Source: an uncultured Rhodobacteraceae bacterium
GTDB taxonomy: Bacteria > Pseudomonadota > Alphaproteobacteria > Rhizobiales > Rhizobiaceae
DNA: 39,585 nucleotides
Direction: 5' to 3'
Assembly (NCBI GenBank): GCA_937873685.1
Contig: CALMYO010000293.1
Location: 1-39,585, forward strand
Part shown: positions 9,801 to 19,500 of the stretch, one piece after another
Position numbering within the stretch: position 1 is the stretch's first letter
How the letters are laid out: each line of letters opens with the position of its first letter
The notes under the pieces: model-generated
Told to the model about the DNA's origin: nothing
Seen by the model: the letters and a program-made list of their open reading frames with translations, nothing else
Database searches by the model: none
Position numbers and translations under genes: made by a program

Positions 9801-12540
9801 CGTCGGGAAGGGTTGCGGTTTCCTCCGCCTCGATCCATTCGCCCGACCGCAACACGGCGCGATCGGCCTCCATGAATTCGCTGCCCTTTTGCTCGCCGAA
9901 CACATCGGCGTCGGTCCTGCCGCGCGCCTCTTCGATGGTCATTCCGGAAAGTTCGGCCCAGTGTCGGTTGCCGTAGACGAGCTTGAGGTCGGTTGATTTG
10001 GCGTAGAGCGAGACGGGAATGGCGTCGACGAGCGAAGTGAGCAGTTCATTCTTGCGCAGCGAACTGGTGAGCTCCGCCTCGCGCTGCTTGTACTCGCTGA
10101 TGTCGTCGACGGTAACGATCAGGCAAGCCCGCCCGTCGCCCAGCGTGCCGCGGGTCTTGCGGGTGCGGGCAACGAATTCGCGTCCGCCGGCGTCGCGGAT
10201 GGTTTCCTCGACAATTGTCGGCTCTCCGGTCGCCAGCGTGTGCGCCTCGCCCAGCGTGATGTGGTCGAGCGCGTCGGCGGGGAAGAATTCGGCTGCCGAT
10301 TTACCGAGGATGTTCTCGCGCGCTGTGCCGAGCAGTGTGAGAAACGCCTCGTTGACGAAACAATAACGGCCTTGTGTGTCCTTCGCCAGACAGGGATGCT
10401 CAAGCTGATCGATCACCGCTTGCGAAAGCTCAGCCCTGTCGCGCGCCTCCGACATTTCGCGTTCGCGCGCCTTCAACTCGGTGATGTCAGTTCTCAGCCC
10501 GACATAGAGTCCATTTTTCGACCGGCGGTCGCGAACCAGATACCAGCGATCGTCGGACAGTTTCTGTTCAGTGGTGTAGAACGGTTGGCGATAGCGCTCC
10601 AGCCGCCTGGCCAGAGCGGCTTCGTCATCGCCGGCCGCGTTGACGGCGTCCATCTGCCCTGAATCGGCGATCTTGGAGAACAGTCTGGCGTCCATGCTGA
10701 GCCGAACGGAATCCGCCAGTTTCGCGCCTGGCCTGTGCGCCGGCTCAAGCTGCGGGTATATCTCGCGGTAACGCTCGTTGCGCAGCACAAAATTGTCGTC
10801 GTGATCGTACACGATGACGCCGCTGTCGAGAAGGTTCAGCACCTCTGTCAGGATTTCGCCTGACCGTTGGGACGCTTCCCTTGCTGCGTCCAGTTGCCGA
10901 TCCTTGTTGGCGATGTCGGTGATGTCGCTACGCGTCACCAGCAGGTGGCCGGTTTCGGTGCGGCGGTAGCGCACCTGCATGGTGCGGCCCGAACGCGTGG
11001 TTTCCATGAATTCGTGCTGCGCCTGTCGCGATGCCCGCAAACGCTCCTCGACAATGGACGCCGAACTCGCCGCAACGTCCTCCCTGGCGACATCGGGATG
11101 ATCGAGGCGCCAGGCTGCAGCGATGATGTCGCGGAAGTGGGTCCCGGGCTGAAGCGCTGCCGCCATTTCCGGATAAAGGCGATTCATCGCGGGATTGACG
11201 ACCAGCAGCCTGTCGTCGGGTCCGTAGATGGCAAGGCCCGCGTCCATGCTGCGGATCGCCATGTCCAACAGCTGGAAGTTTTCTTCCACTGTGCTCTCGC
11301 GCATTTTCAGTTCGGTGATATCGGTGCGCAGTCCGATGAATGTGCCATCGGCAAGTCGCCGGTCGGAGACCTGAATCCAGCGACCGTCCTCGGTGCGGCG
11401 CGTGCGCGTCGAACTGGCTCGCCGGTGCCGCTCAACGCTGGCCTCGATCCAGGCTTCCTTGTCCACGTCGTAGAGCGCATCGATCTCGGGCTCACCGGTG
11501 TCGCGCCAGATCCCCTTGGCGTGGGCGAATTCGACCACGTCGCGCAAGGTCTTGCCCGGTTGCAGGACCGGGTCGAGGATCGTGGCGCGCCCGCGCAGCG
11601 TCTGGTTGGCGAGAACGAAATTGTCGTCGGCGTCAAAGACGATGATCGAAAGCGGCAGCGCGTCGAGTACGTTGGTCACGATCTGCTCGGCCTTCAACGC
11701 CCTTGAGCGGGCGTTCTCAAGGTCCGTTTCGCGGCGTTTCGGTTCGGTGACATCGGCAAAGGTGACGACAAGGAAGCCTTCGGATGTGCGGTTCCCGCGC
11801 GCCTGCAGCAAGCGCCCGTCGGCCAACCGGGTCACCGTCGCGGTTTTCGAAGCGTCGGCCGCCCGGGTCATGTATGTCACGAAAGACTCGCGGCTTTCCG
11901 GTTCGAGCCGCCAGGGCGGGGAAGTTACGAGCGATTGCGCCACCTCGCCAAGCGATGCACCGTGGACAAGGATGTCGCCGTCGTCGCCGCACAGCGCTTT
12001 CATCGCTTCGTTGAAGGCGTACAACCTGTTTTGCGTATCGAACAAGAGAACGCCGGAATCGGTTGCCGAGAGCGCCGCGTTGAGCGCCTTGGCGGCACGC
12101 TTTGCTTCAGGGTTTCCGTCGTCCTGCGCCGCGAGGCGCTTCACCAGGGCGGTCACATCCCGCCCGATGCCGCGATACCCCGCAAACTCCCCGCCGCTCG
12201 TGAAGATCGGCGTTCCGCTTACGCTGACCCATCGTTCGGCAGCGCCAAGGCGCACCTTGTAGACAAAATCGCGGAACGGGCGATGACGGTCGAGATCCTC
12301 GAGATGATCGAGGATGAGGCCGTGCGGATTGCCGGCCGTCCTGAACAGTTCGTAGCGAGAGGTTCCGACGAGCAGTTCCGGTGAAAACTCCGTGGCGGCC
12401 TCCAACTCGCCGGAGAAGCCCGTGAACCGGTGCCTTCGATCGGTTTCCCATGTCCAGGCGCCGTTCTCGGTCGGGGAAACGGAATTCGCCCTGCCCTCGC
12501 CAGTGGGCGACGCGGCCGCCTGGTTGTTGTTGTCGGTCAT
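6874..12540 (-). CDS. Giant cytoplasmic hybrid sensor histidine kinase. About 9-10 tandem PAS/PAC modules, then HisKA, HATPase_c and a receiver, then a roughly 130-aa Pro/Ala-rich linker and a second receiver.
   Basis: 1888 aa. H-box [22 protein letters not shown], G-box [22 protein letters not shown]. Receivers [12 protein letters not shown]...[11 protein letters not shown] and [12 protein letters not shown]...[12 protein letters not shown]. Recurrent PAS blocks of the form I(V/I)(V/I)(F/Y)D(A/H)DD(N/R)FVL(A/R)N occur at least three times. No TM segments. Confidence 0.9.
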   Translation of the reverse strand: [1888 protein letters not shown]

Positions 12541-12692
12541 TTCGCCAGCCTCATACGAAACGGCGCAGATACACCCGGGCGCAACCGTCTCAGATGCTGC
12601 GACTATCGGGGCAAGCGGTAAACGATCGATTAACCATGTCTGTTAACACATTGCCGCTGCGGCAGCATGCGTCTGGTCTGAATGGCTGCGCT

Positions 12693-14336
12693 TCAGCGAT
12701 GCTCTTCGACGCTGGCGTCGATCAACGCCTTGTTGAAGAAGGCGAGCGCACGGACCTGGCTTGCCCAGCCGATCATGCGCGTTCCGCTGGCGTCGACCAC
12801 CGGCAGGCGTCCCTGGCCACTGGTGTCGAAGGCGCGCAGTGCGACGTCGAGCGAATCGCCGGCGCGCAGCGCAGCCGGGCGCAGGTTTTCCGGCGTTGCG
12901 TCATCCTCGCCCGGTTGTAGCGGATCGAGGAAATCGGCGACCGTGCGGTCGCGCGCCAGGGTGCGGTGCGACCCGTCCTGGACAAAGAGGCCGCGCATCG
13001 CCAGTTGCCAGTGAAAGTAGGAATGCCCGTGAATGGCCTGTGTCGCCGCGTGAGCGATGGCGACCGTCATCAGCAGGGCGATCGACAAGGTGTAGCCGCC
13101 GGTCAGTTCGAACACGATGACGGTGGTCGAGACCGGCCCGCCCAGTACCGCGCCGGCAACCGCGCCCATGCCGAGGATGGCGTAGAGCCCCTCGCTCGAG
13201 GCCATGTCGGGAAATACCGGCCCCGCAATCAGGCCGAAGGCGCCGCCGGTCATTGCTCCGAGATAAAGGGACGGGGAGAACACCCCGCCACCGAATCGCG
13301 ACGCAAGCGTGATGGCCGTTGCGGCCGCCTTGACAACGATCAGCGCCAGCATCAGCGAGAGCGGCAACCGATTCCACAAGGCGAGATCCGTGGCGTCATA
13401 GCCAACGCCGATGATCTCGGGAAAGAAGACCGCGATGGCGCCGACAACCGCTCCGCCCGCGACAGGCATAAGCCAGAGTGGCATGGTGACTTTTCGCAAC
13501 ATGTAGTCGGAGCCGACAAGCGCGAACTGGAAAGCGATCGCCACCAGCCCGCAGGTCAACCCGAGCAGCGCGAAGGCGGGGAACTCCCAATACGAGGTCA
13601 ACTGGTAGCGTGGCACGGCAAACGCCGCCGCTTCGCCGAACCAGAGCCGCGAGGCGATCGCCCCGCCGGTCGAGGCGATGACAATCGGCGCAAACGCACG
13701 TGGCGCATAGTGGCCGAGGATGACCTCGTGCGCAAACAGCACGCCGGCAATCGGCGCGTTGAAGGACGCGGACACGGCGCTGGCGACGCCCGCGCCAAGC
13801 AATGTGCGGCTGGCCCAGCCGGGCAGCCGCTGCCAGTGCGCCAGCGCCGTCGCCAATGTAGCGCCGAGATGCACGACGGGGCCCTCGCGTCCCGCGCTGG
13901 CGCCTGCGCGAAGCGAGATCGCTGTCGCCAGTGCGGATAGCAGGCCGTCGCGCAAACCGAGCTGGCGACCGCTCTTGGTGCGCGCCTCGATGACGTCGGC
14001 GACACCGCCGGTGCGCCTTGTACTGATCAGGCGCAAAATCTGGCCAACTACCACGCCGCCGACCACCGGGCAGGCGAGGATCCAGTACCAGGGCAGCGAC
14101 CGGGCCGTCGCCAGCATCTTCTCCGACCTCGTGCCGAGCCAGAGCCACTGGACCGCGGCGATCGCTTCCCGGAACGCAATCGCGGCCAGCCCGACCCCGA
14201 TGCCGATCGCCAGCGCCAGCACCCACACGCGCGGCTGGCCGGAAGCGAGGAAAGCCGTGACATTTGGCGCGACCCAAGCCCGCGCCAATGCCGGCGCACG
14301 CTTCAGTTCACCGACGATATCGTCTTGCAACGCCAT
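12693..14336 (-). CDS. ClC family chloride/proton channel with C-terminal CBS domain pair
   Basis: GREGP and GIGVGLAAIAF selectivity-filter motifs, about 10 TM helices, and a C-terminal soluble CBS-like region. 547 aa. Confidence 0.85.
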   Translation of the reverse strand: MALQDDIVGELKRAPALARAWVAPNVTAFLASGQPRVWVLALAIGIGVGLAAIAFREAIAAVQWLWLGTRSEKMLATARSLPWYWILACPVVGGVVVGQILRLISTRRTGGVADVIEARTKSGRQLGLRDGLLSALATAISLRAGASAGREGPVVHLGATLATALAHWQRLPGWASRTLLGAGVASAVSASFNAPIAGVLFAHEVILGHYAPRAFAPIVIASTGGAIASRLWFGEAAAFAVPRYQLTSYWEFPAFALLGLTCGLVAIAFQFALVGSDYMLRKVTMPLWLMPVAGGAVVGAIAVFFPEIIGVGYDATDLALWNRLPLSLMLALIVVKAAATAITLASRFGGGVFSPSLYLGAMTGGAFGLIAGPVFPDMASSEGLYAILGMGAVAGAVLGGPVSTTVIVFELTGGYTLSIALLMTVAIAHAATQAIHGHSYFHWQLAMRGLFVQDGSHRTLARDRTVADFLDPLQPGEDDATPENLRPAALRAGDSLDVALRAFDTSGQGRLPVVDASGTRMIGWASQVRALAFFNKALIDASVEEHR

Positions 14337-14363
14337 GGCCGAACCCGTGCTGCGGCGACCGCG

Positions 14364-14846
14364 CTACGTCTTGCGCCGGATGCCGATGCTGCGGCCGGCG
14401 CGTTCCGGCCGGGGCAGGGTGGCGTGGGTGGCGCGCATGGCTTCCACCTTTTCGCCGATGTCGGCGGGAAAAGCGGTGACGCGGGGGCCGGACATGTCGA
14501 CATGCAGCGACAGCGACTCCATCGTCGCCGCCAACCAGCCGTCTTCGTGGAAGAGCTCCTGGTAGCCGTGGATGCGTTTCTCGTCGGCATCGACCAACTG
14601 ATAGGTGACGAAAACGCTGTCGCCCTCGTGCAGTTCGCGAACATAGCAGGTGTGGACCTCGGCCGTGTAGATCGTCAGCCGCCGGGAGGTGGCGTAGTTC
14701 GGTCCCATGCCGAGCAGGTCGAACACCTCGTCGCCGCAGCGGTCGAACAGCACATTGTAGTAGGCCATGTTGAGATGGCCGTTGTAGTCGATCCATTGCG
14801 GCTCCACCGCCATCACCGAAGACCTGAAAGGCGCCTGCGCCGACAT
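14364..14846 (-). CDS. Hotdog-fold acyl-CoA thioesterase (4HBT/YbgC-like). Start trimmed to the MSAQAPF ATG at 14846, with GGGGGAA SD.
   Basis: WIDYNGHLNMAYYNVLFD... is a hotdog thioesterase motif. The ORF track's longer upstream extension lacks homology and an RBS. GGGGGAA lies 7 nt before the chosen ATG. Confidence 0.75.
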   Translation of the reverse strand: MSAQAPFRSSVMAVEPQWIDYNGHLNMAYYNVLFDRCGDEVFDLLGMGPNYATSRRLTIYTAEVHTCYVRELHEGDSVFVTYQLVDADEKRIHGYQELFHEDGWLAATMESLSLHVDMSGPRVTAFPADIGEKVEAMRATHATLPRPERAGRSIGIRRKT

Positions 14847-14957
14847 TGACGATTCCCCCAAAACCATGGACATGAACGGCTTCAAGGATGAACCGTCCGG
14901 CAACCGGCCGCAAGGGTGTGGCCGGTCGCGCCTGTGGACGCCTTGCGGAGACCGATC

Positions 14958-16370
14958 ATGACGCTTGCCAGCCTGCAGACCGTGACACGAAATGACGAAG
15001 GCATCGCCACCGCGCTCGCCGTGCTGGCGCAGCGCTTCGGCGACCGTTTCCAGACCGGCAAGGCGATACGCGAGCAGCACGCACACACCACCACCTACAT
15101 TCCGCGCCAGGCGCCGGACGGGGTGGTGTTCGCCGAATCGGAAGCCGATGTGCAGGAAACCGTGCGCATCTGCGCCCAATACAAGGTGCCGGTCATCCCG
15201 TTCGGGGCCGGCACCTCGCTGGAGGGCCACGTCAACGCGCCCGGCGGCGGCGTGTCGATCGACATGAAGGGCATGAATCGGATTGTCGAGGTTCACGCCG
15301 AAGACCTTGATTGCATTGTCGAACCGGGCGTCACCCGCAAGCAGCTGAACGCCTATCTGCGCGACACCGGCCTGTTTTTCCCTATCGATCCCGGCGCCGA
15401 TGCAAGCCTCGGCGGCATGGCCTCGACGCGTGCGTCCGGCACCAACGCGGTGCGCTACGGCACGATGAAGGACAATGTGCTTTCGCTGCGCGCCGTCATG
15501 CCGAACGGCGAGATCATCGACACGGCGCGTCGCGCCAAGAAAAGCTCAGCCGGCTACGACCTCACCCGCCTGCTGATCGGGGCGGAGGGCACGCTCGGCG
15601 TCATCACCCGCCTCACCTTGCGCCTGCAAGGCATCCCGTCCTCGATCACCGCCGGGGTCTGCCCGTTTCCGAGCGTCGCCGACGCCTGCAATGCGGTGAT
15701 CGAGACGATCCAGTGCGGCGTGCCGGTGGCGCGCATCGAACTGGTCAATGCCATGCAGATGAAGGCGATGATCGCCTATTCCAAGCTCGATTATCCCGAA
15801 AGCCCGGCGCTGTTCCTCGAATTCCACGGCACCGATGAGGGCGCGAAGGAGCAGGCTGAGATGTTCGGCGAGATTGCCGCCGCCCATGGCGGCACGGATT
15901 TCCGCTGGACCGGGGTGGAAGAGGAGCGCCAGAAGCTCTGGCAGGCCCGCCACGACGCCTATTGGGCGGGGTTCACGCTGCGCCCGGGCGCCAAGGTGAT
16001 CTCAACCGATGTCTGCGTGCCGATTTCAAAGCTGGCCGATTGCATCGCCGGCACGGAAGAGGACATTGCGGCTTCGGGCCTGCTCGCGCCGATCGTCGGC
16101 CATGTCGGCGACGGCAATTTCCATCTCGGCATCCTGCTCGACGTGGACAATCCGGCCGAGGTGGCTGCGGCCGAGCGGCTGGTCGAGCAACTGAACACGC
16201 GCGCGCTTGCGATGGAAGGCACCTGCACCGGGGAGCACGGCATCGGCCAGGGGAAGATGGACTTCCTCGAGATGGAACTCGGACCGGCGTTGCCCTTCAT
16301 GCGGGCGATCAAGCAGGCGCTCGACCCGGATAACATCATGAACCCGGGGAAAATTTTCAGGGTGGGATAG
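14958..16370 (+). CDS. FAD-linked oxidase (GlcD / D-lactate dehydrogenase family), FAD-binding PCMH domain
   Basis: VIPFGAGTSLEGH and GYDLTRLLIGAEGTLGVIT FAD-binding 4 motifs; C-terminal GTCTGEHGIGQGK and MNPGKIF. Divergent from the thioesterase gene. Confidence 0.85.
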   Translation: MTLASLQTVTRNDEGIATALAVLAQRFGDRFQTGKAIREQHAHTTTYIPRQAPDGVVFAESEADVQETVRICAQYKVPVIPFGAGTSLEGHVNAPGGGVSIDMKGMNRIVEVHAEDLDCIVEPGVTRKQLNAYLRDTGLFFPIDPGADASLGGMASTRASGTNAVRYGTMKDNVLSLRAVMPNGEIIDTARRAKKSSAGYDLTRLLIGAEGTLGVITRLTLRLQGIPSSITAGVCPFPSVADACNAVIETIQCGVPVARIELVNAMQMKAMIAYSKLDYPESPALFLEFHGTDEGAKEQAEMFGEIAAAHGGTDFRWTGVEEERQKLWQARHDAYWAGFTLRPGAKVISTDVCVPISKLADCIAGTEEDIAASGLLAPIVGHVGDGNFHLGILLDVDNPAEVAAAERLVEQLNTRALAMEGTCTGEHGIGQGKMDFLEMELGPALPFMRAIKQALDPDNIMNPGKIFRVG

Positions 16371-16536
16371 GTTTGGTGTCGCGCCAGACCACGCTTGCCC
16401 GAATCGCTTCCATCCCCCATATCGGATGAGCCGCTTCGGGTTTGGCGTCTTGCTGTGCTAGGGCGTCTGACCGGACCACACATCAAGCGGAGGCTGCACG
16501 CTGGCGCGCCTGTTCGTATTCTTCGGCTCCCTTCTC

Positions 16537-19500
16537 GTGCTGGCGCTGACGGCAGCGCTGGTCGCGCCGTATTTTATCGACTGGACGGATTACCGCGCCC
16601 GCTTCGAGGCTGAAGCGACGCGCGTGATCGGCCAGCCGGTCAAGGTTTCGGGGCCGGCAAGCGCGCGCCTGCTGCCTTTCCCGTCTGTCACCTTCGGCGA
16701 TGTGCGCGTCGGGTCCGACCCTGCCGATCCGCTGATGACCGTCGACGCGTTTTCGATGGACGCAGAACTGGCGCCGCTGCTGCGCGGCGAAGTCCTGATC
16801 TTTGACATGCGGCTGGACAATCCCAGTGTTGTGCTCAGGCTCGACCAGACCGGCGCGTTGATGTGGCCTGATCACGCCGATCCGCGCTTCGATCCGGCGC
16901 AGGTGACACTGGAGAACATCTCCGTCACCAACGGCGCGCTGACGTTGATCGACAACAAGGCCGGGCGAACCCGCACTGTTTCCGCGATCGACGCACGGTT
17001 TTCGGCGCGAACACTTCTTGGTCCCTGGCGCGGCGAAGGCAGCTTTGAGTTCGACGGCGACAAGTCCGATTTCTCCTTTTCCACCAATACGGCATCGGCG
17101 GATGGCGCGTTTCGGCTAAAAACCGGGCTGGTGCCGTGGAACTCGGCGCTTTCGGTCGAAACAGAGGGTGATCTGTCGCTGCAGGACGGTTTTCCCGTTT
17201 ACGCAGGTCAATTCCGGCTCGACAACGAAAGCGAGGACGCTGGCGGCGACAGTCAGCAGGCGGCCGGTGCGCCCGACTTCACCACTTTCCTCGCCACCGG
17301 TGATTTTTCGCTGACGCCGGGCGCTTTTGCCGTCGACGAGTATCGTCTCGCCGCAGGAAACCCGGCTGATCCCTATGTGGTGACAGGCAAGGCGGACTTC
17401 CTGTTCGGCGCCGAGCCGCGCTTCGGCTTCGTCGCCAATGGCGCGCAAATACGGCTCGAGCAGGAGGCGACCGGCAAAAGCGCAGCGCTGGCGTTGACCG
17501 ACCGGCTCGATTCCCTGCAGGGCTTTCTCGACGCACTGCCGCTGCCGCGCGTTCCCGGCAATGTGCGCATCGACTTGCCGGCTTTCGTTGCCGGTGACAC
17601 CACGATCCGTGACATCTTCATCGATGCGGAGACCGCCGGCCCGCAATGGCGGTTGCGCAATCTCAAGGCCGAACTGCCCGGCCGCACGGCGCTTGAGGCG
17701 TCGGGCCTGATTGGCCGCGGCGACGGCTTCGGCTTTGACGGCGACCTGGTGCTGGCCTCGCGCCAGCCGTCGGGGCTGGCGTCCTGGCTAACCGGCAGCG
17801 TTGATGAATCGATCCGTCGCATGAGCGGCGCCGGCCTTGCGGCGAAGGCCACCATGACGCGGCGCGCGCAGATCTTCGAGGGGCTGGAGATCGTGCTCGG
17901 CGATGCGCGCTTTGCCGGCCGGCTCGAACGCATTTCTGCACCCGGCGCCAAGCCGACGCTGACCGCCGAGATGAGCGGCGGCGCGCTCGACCTGCAGGGG
18001 TTAAATGCGCTGGTGGCGCTGTTCGTCGGCGATGGCGGCGTCAACCGTTTCGCCAGCCACGACGTGTCGCTGGCGGTTTCCGCAGGCCCCGTGGTGTTCG
18101 GCGACTGGTCGGCCGGCGTTGTCGACACGGCGTTCCGTCTCGCCGATGGCGGTCTCGAAGTTCGGCGTCTGCATGTCGAGGACTTCGACAACGCCGACAT
18201 CACTGCAACCGGTCGCGTCACAGATTTGTTCGGCGCACCGGACGGGCAATTTACCGTCGCGGTGCAATCGCCGGACCTTTCCCTTCTGGTCGGGCGCATG
18301 GCCGACCGGTTTCCGCAATCGCCGGTCTTGGCCTTTCTCGCCGAACGCAGCGTCACCGCACCCGACCTGTTTGCCGACGCGCAGCTGGAACTTGCCGGCA
18401 ACGCGTCGCTGCAGGATGGCGAACCGAAGTTTACTGCAAATCTAGGCGGGTCGTCCGGCGGTCTCGCGCTTGAAGGCGAAGGCGAAGTCGCGCCGCGCGG
18501 CGACGGCGGCACTGAACTCGATTTCGGCCTTTCGCTCACTGCCGATGGCGCTGCGTCACTGCTGGCGCTTGCGGGTATCGAGGCCTTCGATGTGCCGGGT
18601 GAAGGCAACATGACGGCGCGCATCGGCGCAAATGGCCTTGTTGGCAAGCCGCTGGCGGCGAGTCTCGACATAACCACGCCTGAGATGACAGCCGGCTGGA
18701 GCGGAAATCTCGAACTTGCGCCTGAGGATTTCGGCGCGAACGGCGAAATGAAGCTGGAGGCGAAGGATTTCTCATCCTGGCTGCTGGCGCTTGGCTACGC
18801 CCTGCCTGGCGTGGAAGCAGGCGTTCCGATAAGCCTTTCTGGAAGCCTTTCGCGTGAAAACGGCGTATGGAAGTCGCCCGACCTGGCCGGCAGCCTCGAC
18901 GGAGACGCTTTCACCGGTGCGCTGACGTTGCAAGATACGGCGAGCGAACGCGAGTTGCGCGGAACGCTCGCGCTCGGCCGTCTCGATCTGCCCTGGCTCG
19001 CCTCGCTGGCAAGCGGGCGCAGAGCCGACGCCGGTATGGACGATCCCTTCGGCTTGCCGCTGCTGCCCGGCCACCGGCTTGAAATCGACGTGAAGGCGCA
19101 GAGAGGCGAAGCCGGCTGGTTTGGGCCGGCAACGGATCTGGTTGCGCGGTTGAGTTATGCCGGTGACAAGCTGTCGCTGACCGGGTTTTCTGCCGCAACG
19201 GCAAAAGGAAAACTGTCGGGCTCGGCCGATTTCCAGAACAGCGCCGGCGCCGGCCTTGTCTCCGCGCAGCTTCGGCTCGAGGATGCGTCGCTTGCCGCCC
19301 TGTCGCCGGTAGCCACCAGCGCGCCGTTGCAAGGCGCTGCATCGGTCAGCGCCAGCCTTTCTGGCACGGGCGAAACGCCACAAGCGCTGGCCTCCTCACT
19401 TGCCGGTTCGGGCGTGGTGTCGTGGCGAGACGCGACGTTTCCGGGCCTGAACGCCGACGCCTTTGCGTCGATGCAGAAGGACGCCGATGCGGTAGGGTTC

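Noticed and set aside
9400-11650. Repeated roughly 150-bp blocks that could be mistaken for a repeat array
   Set aside because: They are in-frame duplicated PAS-domain modules of the kinase (about 75% DNA identity), not CRISPR or satellite repeats. There are no short regular spacers.
12966-14277. 324-aa plus-strand and 293-aa minus-strand ORFs
   Set aside because: Overlap the ClC channel gene in other frames or strands. ClC motifs are only in the 12693-14336 minus frame.
17373-18677. 434-aa minus-strand ORF
   Set aside because: Antisense to the AsmA-family gene; Ser/Ala/Pro-rich low complexity.
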